A DNA stretch of 64,000 nt. It comes from Octopus vulgaris. Its lineage: Eukaryota. The notes below the pieces were generated by a model. The model did no database searches. It was given only the letters and a program-made list of their open reading frames with translations, and was not told the DNA's origin. Location of the stretch: contig OX597819.1 in assembly GCA_951406725.2 (NCBI GenBank), positions 86,366,001-86,430,000 on the forward strand. The letters run 5' to 3'. How positions within the stretch are numbered: position 1 is the stretch's first letter; each line of letters starts with the position of its first letter. Both the position numbers and the translations under genes were made by a program. This document shows positions 53,990 to 64,000 of this stretch, one piece after another.

Positions 53990-55780
53990 CTCATGGGCCC
54001 ACACCTCCCACACTCTCAGGGTTGGCACACTGAAAGGTAGGTCTGGCAAGATTGTTGAGATGCTTGAACAGAGATGCGTAAATTTGTGCTGCATCCAAGA
54101 AGGTGGAGAGGTGGTTCTGTTAGGTTCCACACAGGCAAAGAACATAGGTATATGATTTTCTGGGCAGGGAACACTGATGGGGTCGGGGGCGTGGGTATAC
54201 TTCTTGCAGAGAAATGGGTTGATAAGATAATCAAGGTAGTCAGAATCTGCGATAGAATACTTAAGATTAGATTAGCAACCATTATCTTGGCTTATGCCCC
54301 TCAGCCAGGGCTACCTGATGGACAGAAAGACCAACTTTATGACACCTTCTTGCAGACTACCTTGTCGACAAATGACAGGGACCTTCTCTTTGTGGCTGTT
54401 GACTTCAATGGGCATGTTGGACAACAGTCAGGGGGCTTCCATGGCGTAGATGGAGGTTATGGTCTTGGTTCCCACAATGAGGAGGGAACCAAGCTGCTGA
54501 AGTTCTGTGATGCAAATGACCTTTGTAACACTAACTTCAGAAAACCTGCCAGTCACCTATTCACATACCGATCTGGTAGACACACTAGTCAAATTGACTA
54601 CATCCTTGCCAGGAAATGGGAAAGATAGAAATAAACACTGAAAACAGGCAGAGAAGAGTTTCCATCACATTCCAGGTAGAAAAACTACAAGTAGTTGATA
54701 GCTTCCATTACCTAGGTGACCAAGTCAGTAGCAGGGGTGGATGCTCTAAAAGTGTAGCTGCTAGAGTAAGGATAGCCAGGGCAAAGTTCAGAGAGCTCCT
54801 ACCTCTGATGGTGACAAAGGGCCTCTCACTCAGAGTAAAAGGCAGACTGCATGGCAGTGAAACATGAGCTGTGACTGCTGAGGACATACATAAGCTTGCA
54901 AGGAATGAAGCCAGTATGCTCTGCTGGATGTGTAATGTCAGTGTGTGTACACAACAGAGTGTAAGTGCCCTGAGAGAAAAGTTAGACCTAAGAAGCATTA
55001 GATGTGGTGTACAAGAGAGACGACTGCACTGGTATGGTCATGTGTTGCAAATGGATGAGGACAACTGTGTGAAAAAGTGTCACACACTAGCAGTTGATTG
55101 GGAACTTGTGGAAGAGGTAGACCCAGGAAAACCTGGGATGAGGTGGTGAAGCACGACCTTCAAACATTGGGCCTCACCAAGGCAATGACAAAGGACCAAG
55201 ACCTTTGGAGATATGCTGTGGTTGAGAAGACCCAGCAAGCCAAGTGAAACCATAACCATGGCCTATGCCAGTGCTGTATAACCAGCCCATTTAAGAGTAC
55301 TGTTCAATCATTGGACAATAAACTATGCTTGTGAAGACCTACTGAGGCAAGTGAAATTGCTGTCGTGGCTGATGACAGTACCACCTGATTGGCACCTGTG
55401 CCAGTAGAACGTTAGAAGCACCATTCGAGTGTGATCGTTGCCAGGGCCGCTGACTGGCACCCATGTTGGTGGCAAGTAAAAAAAGTACCATTCGAGCGTG
55501 GTCATTGCCAGTGCCACAGGACTGGCTCCTGTGCAGGTGGCATGTAAAAAACACCATTTGAGCATAGCCAATGCCAGTACTGCCTGACTGGCCCTCATGC
55601 TGGTGGCATGTAAAAGCACCCATTAAACTCTCAGAGTGGTTGGCATTAGGAAGGGCATCCTGCTATAGAAACTCTGCCAGATCAGATAGGAGACTGGTGC
55701 AGCCTTCTGGGTCGCCAGCTCTCAGTCAGACCATCCAACCCATGCCAGCATGGAAAGCAGACGTTAAAAGATGATGATGT
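53990..55780 (+). mobile_element. RTE-clade LINE, internally deleted (APE endonuclease joined to RT C-terminus and 3' UTR)
   Basis: LCCIQE, GVGGVGIL, AYAPQ, DFNGHVG, SQIDYIL; then FHYLGD, LHGSET, RLHWYGHV; ends in a gatgatgatg tail. Confidence 0.9.
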
Positions 55781-56204
55781 GTGTGTGTGTTTGTCTCCCA
55801 CCAACACTTGACAACCAGAGTTGGTGTGTTTACATCCCCATAACTTAGCAGTTTGACAAAAGAGACTGGTTAAGTAAGTACCAGGCTTTTAAAAAAATAA
55901 GTACTAGGGTCAATTCATTCAACTATAAATTCCTCAAGGTGGTGCCCCAGTATGGCCACAGTCTAATGACTGAAATGAGTAAAAAGAAAGAACAAAAGAA
56001 GAAATTTCAATAAATATGTTTTTGCTAATAACAAATTATCACAGAAAAGCAGAGTAATGAAAATAAGACAGGGTAATTTATTTGTCTATAGAAACAAAGA
56101 CTTACAGCTTACATACAGTTTGTGCATAGCATTCCTAATTTGTTATTAAATTAATTTGAATCATCAATGAAATATATCACTCTAATTCATGGGATGTCCT
56201 TTAT

Positions 56205-56361
56205 TTACAATTTGGCAACAGAATGTAACATAGCTTCAATGCGACTGTCATTGTGAATAACATTAGCTTTTATTGTGGCAATGATATCTAGTTGTTCTTT
56301 TATTGCTTCATCCAAGGTGGTCAGTTGTAACTTTAAAGGTTGAAGAGCTTTCTCAGTGATT
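56205..56361 (-). CDS. TRAF3IP1: Last coding exon of TRAF3-interacting protein 1 / IFT54 (C-terminal coiled coil)
   Basis: Acceptor tatttcag|a; ITEKALQPLKLQLTTLDEAIKEQLDIIATIKANVIHNDSRIEAMLHSVAKL* resembles the recalled vertebrate C-terminus [45 protein letters not shown]. Confidence 0.85.
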
Positions 56362-58031
56362 CTGAAATATAGCAGATACACAAAATTTAAGCATGATTTA
56401 TACAAAATCTACCAAACTTAAACATGATATATTCAAAATATAAAACAAAATTAACAGCATAAAAAAAAGAAAGAAAAGGAAAGGAAAAAAGAAATGTAAA
56501 GTATTTTTTTCCTTCATATAAATTAGTCTTCTTCACTGGTTGGTAAATTTACATGCAGGTCATGACTCTCTGAATAGACTTAAAACATACTGTATCTTTA
56601 ATATAATCAACAATACTTTAAAATACTCAAAGAAAAGACATTTAAAAGGTATAGTGAAAAAGATGTATTTTGCCAAAAATAGTGATTCTTCTTTTCTGAA
56701 AATGAATACATATATTATAGAAATTGCCTTTTTTTTCTAAAGAAATTTCTATGTGTTATTGCTAGGTGTCAAAGAAAGCATATATAACTTTACGAAGGTT
56801 TCATGGTGTACATCAGTCTCAGTTCATTAGCTCACTAACATGACATAAAGCTACGTTTTACTTTTTATTTTCTTGTCAATAAAAAGTGGAGGACAAAAAC
56901 AAGAAAAAACAAACTGTATTTCGATTTCAGTCAAAGAGAAGACATAAATTCATATTGACAGCGATGGAAGTTTTCTTTACAAACATTCACCAAAGTTTTT
57001 TGGTGGGAGAAAAAACTAACTATATAAATAAAACAATGTATAGTAAAATTCAAAACTGTTGCTGGCTTCTAAAACAAATGCTATTCAGTTTAGAGTAATA
57101 ATTTTATAGATTTTCTTTGCTATAAATTCAATTCATTAGGTGCTGGTTATTTGGTCAATAAATGTTTCAAACAGTCAACGCCATAGCTATAATCTTCAAT
57201 AAGTCTCTCAAATCTGTTAAGGGTTGAATAAATGTTTTATTTGGCAAGAGTTGTTTTTTATGGTTCAATGATTTTCTTTAGTACTAAGTAAAATAGTTTT
57301 GATGCATTTATGTTACAAATAGTAAACCGTATTTTCGAAGGTGTAAAAACCAGCACCAGCTTGTTATATATTAGATTATTTATAACAGAGCAAACAGAAT
57401 TTTAAATAAGTTGTTTACAGCACACACCATGTCGATGAAATAAAATGAAAGTGAAACTGCTTAGGGGGGGAAAAAAAAAGACAAGCACAGAAACCAGGTG
57501 TTGTAGTGAGAAACAGAAGAAATAGAGCCACAACATTTCAGATATTTGACTAAATGGTTAGCAGCACAGAGGAAATCAGATATATCTTTTATTTTGTTTC
57601 AGTCATTAGACTGTGGCCATGATGGATCACCACTTTGAAACATTTTAGCTGAATGAATCAACCCCAGTACTTATTCTATCAGTCTCTATTGGCCTGGTAC
57701 TTATTCTATCAGTCTCTATTGGCAAATTGCTAAGTTACAAAGACACACCAGCACCAGTTGTCCAGTAGTGATACACACATACACACACACACGACAGACT
57801 TCTTTCAGTTTCCATCAACTAAGTCCACTTGCAAGGCTTTGGTTGGCCTGAGACTATAGTAGAAAGCACTTGCTCAAGGTATCATGCAATGGGACTAAAT
57901 TCAGAACTATGTGGTTGGGAAGCAAACTTCTTACTATACAGCCATGCCTGCACCTATATATATATATATATATATATACATACATATACACAGATACACA
58001 TAAATATACACATGTACATACATGTCTACAC

Positions 58032-58078
<47 letters not shown>

Positions 58079-59039
58079 GAAAGAGAGAGAAATAGATATA
58101 GAAAAACAGAGGAATAGAGAGAGAAAGAAATAGAGGGAGAGCGAGAGAGAAAGAGAGAGATTCAAATGAGGGAATAAATACCTAACTACACTTTCAAACG
58201 TATTTTTATAAATGTACATAAATGAACATAGCATCTGCCCACACGTGTATAAATCTCTCAGGATACATAAACTTACATTACTATGATGACATAGGAAAGG
58301 TGAGAGTAAAAAGTTAATAGATAGATACACCTTGAGGATGAAAGGAAAATTCAAGAGTAACTAATATACAAGTATCAAAATGCAATGGAGAAATGGAGAA
58401 TGTAAATTAAGAACAAAAAAAAAAAAGTATCTTGCTATATTTCAGGATTGTCATTTTTTTTTCTTGCCAAATAAATACATGCATTATATATTCCTTCTTC
58501 ACTCGTTTATAATTCTTATTTTATCTTATATCAATTGTCTGGTACATGCTGAGAGTGAGATACATTAGGCTGTCCCCATCAGTTATCTGTGCCTACATTT
58601 GAAGAGTGATGGAATTAATTGCGAGGGAACTCAGTCCACTGATTCATGCCGAGGTGCCATTGTCACCGATGACCAAGCTGCTCATTCTATGGGCGGTTAT
58701 CTGCCGCCTTTTCAGTGCTTGATTCCCAGGGTGCTGGCATTGGGTGCACTCCCCCTCTGATCTGTTGCTGCAACTTGTTCCCATCAGGCTGGTAGGCATA
58801 CAGCATCTGCAGGTTGCAGGGCAGAACCCTGCCACTGCCAGCGGGATCCATGCACTTCTCTCGACTGGGCCTGATGCTCCTCGAACATAAGTAAGGCTAA
58901 CCAATGGGGACTGGCTAATGCACCTCATCCATTGCTTGCACCAGACAGTGGACATAAGATAAAATAAGAACATGATTGGCTATCTTGTCTTTTATATATA
59001 ATTTCCATAGAGCCTATATAGTAGTAATTTTGTCCCTCA

Positions 59040-59300
59040 GATATTATCTTACACCTATAAGACATTTTTCACTACAAAAATGTTTTAATGGACATTGGTT
59101 TTTATTTTTGCAATCATAAGTTTTATTTTCAGGATCTTTTGCTGTTTCCTTATTAACAATGCTATGCCTATTTGTCTCATTTTCAGGGCTAAATTTGTTA
59201 TGTTTATTTCTTGTGTTATGAGTCCTAACCAATGATTTATCTTCTTCCTTGTTCTGTTTCTCATTTGTCTTAATGTTTATACTATTACTTATTTCATATT
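59040..59300 (-). pseudogene. Penelope RT/GIY-YIG linker zinc-finger remnant
   Basis: YDCKNKNQCPLKHFC matches the PLE CNCR.K..CPL...C motif. Confidence 0.65.
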
Positions 59301-59629
59301 TGTTGTTTCTACCTTAAGTATCAACATATATATTTAAATTTAAAACATTTGCATTATTGCTAATATTATCATTTTCGTAATTATTATTTTCTCTTTTTTG
59401 CAGGCTGCATTTTTATAAATTTCGGTTCTAGTTTGCTTGTTATGTATTTCATATTATCCTTAAGATCTTCATCATTTTGGTTATTGAATGAATCATATGC
59501 ATTTTTCTTTTTCTTATAATTATAGAAATCATTTAATTTTTTATTAATCATTTAATCCTTTTATTATTTTATCATGTTTTTTTGAAACACGGAAGCTCAC
59601 CCTTAATTTGTTTGAGATTCCCTCAACTG

Positions 59630-60637
59630 CTAGAGTGTGACACTTTTCCACACAGTTGTCCTCATCCATTTGGAACACATGACCATACCAGTGCAGTCAC
59701 CTCTTGCACACCACATCTGATGCTTCTTAAGTCCAACTTTTCTCTCAGGGTGCTTACACTCTGTTGTGTACACACACTGACATTACACACCCAGAAGAGC
59801 ATACTGGCTTCATTCCTTGCAAGCTTACGCATGTCCTCAGCAGTCACAGCCCATGTTTCACTGCCATGTAGCATAGCTGTTCACACACATGCAGCATACA
59901 GTCTACCTTTTACTCTGAGTGAGAGGCCCTTTGTCACCAACAGAGGTAGGAGCTCTTTGAACTTTGCCCAGGCTATCCTTACTCTAGCAGTTACACTTTC
60001 AGAGCAATCACCCCTGCTACTGACTTGGTCACCTAGGTAATGGAAGGTATCAACTACTTGTAGTTTTTCTACCTGGAATGTGATGGAAGCTGTTCTCTGC
60101 ATGTTTTCAGTGTTTATTGCTCTTGAGTATATGCCACACACAAAACTATCTTCCCAGTTAGCCTTCCTTTGATATTGCTGCACCTCTTATGTGTCCATAG
60201 CTTACACTGGGAACATCTTAAGGAGTTTCTACCTATGCCTTTTCTACAAATTGAGCAGGGCCATCGACCTGAAGGGATTTGTGGTTTGTTTGCCTTCCTA
60301 CTCATTAAGGTTTTGGGTTTAGCTAGGTCGACTCTAAGGCCCTTCGATTCTAGTCCTTGCTTCCACACCTGAAAATTCTCCTCTAGTTCTGATAGTGACT
60401 CAGCAATTAGAGCAAGGTCATCAGCATAGTGAAGCTCACAGAGGCAGCCTGTCTTGAATTCCGCTGTTCTTCCTTTGCCTGGAGGACTATGATGAATAAA
60501 AGGGGGCTGAGGACTGTTAGGGTGTGACACTTTTCACACAGCTGGCCACATCACATGACCATACAGGCAGAGTCGTCTCTCTTGCACACCTCGTCTGATG
60601 CTTCTTATGTCCAACTTTTCTCTCAAGATGCTTACAC
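59630..60637 (-). mobile_element. RTE-clade LINE RT fragments (same family as 53990-55780)
   Basis: ELHYADDLALIAE, WPCSICRKG, FHYLGDQV, MLHGSETW. Confidence 0.9.
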
Positions 60638-60721
60638 TCTCAAATGCTACGTACCTCTACTTGTCGCCTGATCAGGAAGTAGAGGTACGTAGCATTTGAG
60701 AAATCTATTTTTGTAGTGGAG

Positions 60722-60780
60722 GTTTATGCTGATGGAAGATATGGAGTTTATATTCCTAATCTAGAAACGCGTTCATAAAT
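60722..60780 (+). ncRNA. Hammerhead ribozyme motif with A9G variant
   Basis: GTTTATG CTGATGG A AGAT...ATCT A GAAA CGCG TT CATAAAT. Confidence 0.6.
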
Positions 60781-61082
60781 AACCAGACTTTGCTTTCGTT
60801 ATTTCTTCCTTCTGTTTTGCATATGAGAATTACAGGGATATGTCGTATGTGGAGTCTCATTTGTAGAAAATAGAAATAAACAGTCATTGACTGCTATTTC
60901 TAATTTTTCGGTATGTGGCTAAGCAACCTGTTGCCTGCCTCTTTTATTTATATACAAAAATATATCTTGAACTTTTATAAAAATTCCTACCGTTAATGGT
61001 TATATTTACATGCCGAAATCTACCCGTAAATAATAGTTGGTTTTTTAAAAACCATTAAAGATATTATTTACTCTTATTATAT

Positions 61083-61116
<34 letters not shown>

Positions 61117-61643
61117 GTTAAATATGTACACACACACACACAGAGTAAAGTCAAAATAACTCAGTCTCTTGAAGTCCCTTTATTCTGGTAAATCACATGT
61201 GTTATGAATACACAGTGCCTCAAGAAAGATGTTCCCCAATGGCAAATAATGACAGTAATGAGAGATTCACATTTGAATCTGTAAGAACATACTGCCAAAT
61301 GAATAGATACTGTATTATTTGCATGCTTGCAGTTCTGTACACCACCATGAATTACTATACTACAACACTTTTTTTTTTTTATTAGTGCTTAAATTGCCTA
61401 TTCCATTTCTGTATTGCATTTAGATACTTACAGTATAAGAAATACTCTTGTTAACCTTCTGTCTTCATAGTGTATATATGTATTTATATTTTTACACTCA
61501 CCTTTCCTATGTCTTTATTATTAAGTATTAAATTTGCATAGCTGTAGTGGTGTAAGATATGTTTGTTTTTTTTTTACTTTATGCATGTATGTATGTATAA
61601 ATGTGTGTTTTTTTATAACTGGGTGTATGGAATGTTCATTTAT

Positions 61644-61681
<38 letters not shown>

Positions 61682-62257
61682 CATACATACACACACACAT
61701 GCAAATCTGTGTGAGTATGCCTATGTACATGTGTGTATATGCACATATACATCAGCATGCACACACATGTGTATATGTATGTATTTATACACACATACAT
61801 CATACATATACGTGTGTATATGCCTATGTACATGTGCATATATGAATTATATGTGTGTGTGTATATATATATATATATATTTTTTCTCTTTCTCTCACTC
61901 GTATTTAAACTAGCAAGAATCTATGACCACAATATCCCACATGATTTTAGAAAAACATTGCTCTAAAATAATTTAATTTAAATTAATTTATATTAATCAT
62001 ATATCTTAATTATGTAACTGCTGAATTAATGATGTTTATTTCCAATGAAACAGATGTTGAACACCATAAAATTATGATATATCTGTGAAATTTATAATTT
62101 CCTGTTTCCTATTCTAAATATGTATTACTCTTATAGATTAGCTTAGATGATTATATTTACTGTAACTTGATAACATACTGAATTTAACAACCTATTATTG
62201 AGCTTCGAACAACTATGGGTATATTTTTTGATGTTTTAAATATAATCTCTCTATATA

Positions 62258-62291
<34 letters not shown>

Positions 62292-62726
62292 TATATGTAT
62301 ATAAAGAATAACGTCAGGATATGTGAGAGGTGTATGTAGATTTATTAATCCATATGACTTCTATATGACTGTAACTGTTTGTCACCTTCATCATGTAGTA
62401 TTAATTTCAGTATGCAAATAAATCTTATGCATATGTTAGCATCAATATGTATAATAAGCATTATATAATACAATTGTGTATTCACAAGTTAATGCATATA
62501 AAAGAAAGCTAACTCATTGGATTACCAGCACATCATATATGTGTGGTTCAACTATATGTGTGTATGTATATATTAATGTTTGCATTTATTTTCAGTTATA
62601 ATGAAAACAGTTTTACATTAATCTGATGGATTACTCCATACTTATGTAGAGTACAAACTTATTCTCAAACAAGAGTATTTATTGACAGTGACTTCAAAGT
62701 TTTGGCCAGCTAATCTGTTGTCAAGT

Positions 62727-63030
62727 GGAGGCGCAATGGCCCAGTGGTTAGGGCAGTGGACTCACGGTCAGAGGATCGCGGTTTCGATTTCCAGACCGAG
62801 CGTTGTGAGTGTTTATTGAGCGAAAACACCTAAGCTCCACGAGGCTCCGGCAGGGGGTGGTGGCAACCCCTGTTGAATTCTTTCGTCTCAACTTTCTCTC
62901 ACTCTTTCTTCTTGCTTCTTGAGTAACACTGTGATGGACTGGCACCCTGCCCAGCTGTGGGGAACACATATGCCACAGAAACTGGGAAACCGGGCCCATG
63001 AGCCTAGCTAGGCTTGAAAAGGGGACATAT
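62727..63030 (+). mobile_element. tRNA-derived SINE
   Basis: ggaggcgcaatggcccagtggttagggcag...ggtttcgattt; A-rich tail. Confidence 0.85.
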
Positions 63031-64000
63031 AAAAAAAATGTTGTCAGATAGTGATGCATTGAAGTTAATCTTGGTTTTACATAGTTTCTGTTGAGTGAAA
63101 ACCTTCCTTGGTTATTTGGGTTTGAGTGAGTGGTAATTAGGTTGTAAGGTATGTTGTGATAGAGAAGTGCTTTAAATCTGGGGTTACGTCATTGTTTAGA
63201 ATTTATTCATGTAAGTAGGGCCCTTTCAGCTGATGAAATTATTTTTTAGGGGTTCACAAAAAGGATGTAGGTAGGTGTAGGTTGTGCCAGTAGTTTTAGT
63301 TATTTTTGGATTTACTGGATTTAATCCTTTGCTTTGACAATGTAAAGGTCAAAGGTTTAAAGTTTAGTTCAAAAACTTACTAACTGGGGTGTCAAATTTT
63401 TGTAATGGAATTTTTTTAAGGGTTCATGAAAAAATGTAAGCATGTGATAAATTTTAACTAGTGAGCGATTTTTTAAAACTTTTTATTGTTATTTAGGCTA
63501 TTTCCTGTCTATATCTGGAAGACAGGAGTTATTAGTTGGGTATGTCATGGTGCTGCTAGTATAGAAATTTGTTTCTATTATGCTTTGATATCCACCAACG
63601 GATGTGGTAGGTGTAAAAGTTGTAGGTTAGTATGCTTCTCTCTAGGGATTTGTTCTATAAGCAATTTAATTAATATGTAGAAATTTTAAGCTTTGTGATT
63701 TATGGAGGTAGAGTTTGTGGGTTATGTACTTATAAATATTTCTTCAATTCTGTTTCAAATATGGGTATTTTATAGAATATTTTTGTAGGCCTATGGATAT
63801 ATGCAAAAGCGGGCTGTTATGACAGGTATATACTCATACATAAAAATGAGAATAAACATAGAAATTGATTTAAAAATTAAAAATTAGAAATAAAAATATA
63901 AAAATGGGGAAATAATAAGGTCTTTTAACCTGCATATATATGGCTATGTGTGTGTATGTAGGTTTGTGGACTTCTATTAGAAAATCTTGTGATTTTGGTT

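Noticed and set aside
58620-58960. GC-rich island with a 109-aa Cys-containing ORF
   Set aside because: Does not resemble the expected TRAF3IP1 exon; probably an unassigned retroelement fragment.
63050-63780. Possible Penelope RT fossil on the minus strand (TYLHP...)
   Set aside because: Too degraded to support by eye.

Overview
AT-rich, microsatellite-laden animal DNA, most likely from an octopus (inferred from the SINE families and the (TA)n/(CA)n/(GATA)n load). Most listed ORFs are microsatellite artefacts. Host-gene content is small: the last coding exon of TRAF3IP1/IFT54 (minus, 56205-56361) and one or two orphan plus-strand exon candidates. The rest is transposon material: Helitrons (one with a PIF1 helicase remnant), maT/mariner/hAT fossils, MITEs, Tx1/L1, CR1-like and RTE LINE fragments, Penelope-like (PLE) GIY-YIG remnants and many tRNA-derived SINEs. 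The main hidden signal is RNA-level. The 493-bp tandem array at 1-2590 carries a complete type I hammerhead ribozyme (HHR) fold in every full unit. A 363-bp partial dimer at 15101-15726 carries two minimal HHRs with a U3-A8 core covariation. About ten more HHR-like motifs lie in short, (TA)n-embedded, often inverted-duplicated elements. Together these suggest a diverse retrozyme/PLE-derived self-cleaving (possibly circular) RNA system. All folds were read by eye; activity and expression are untested.
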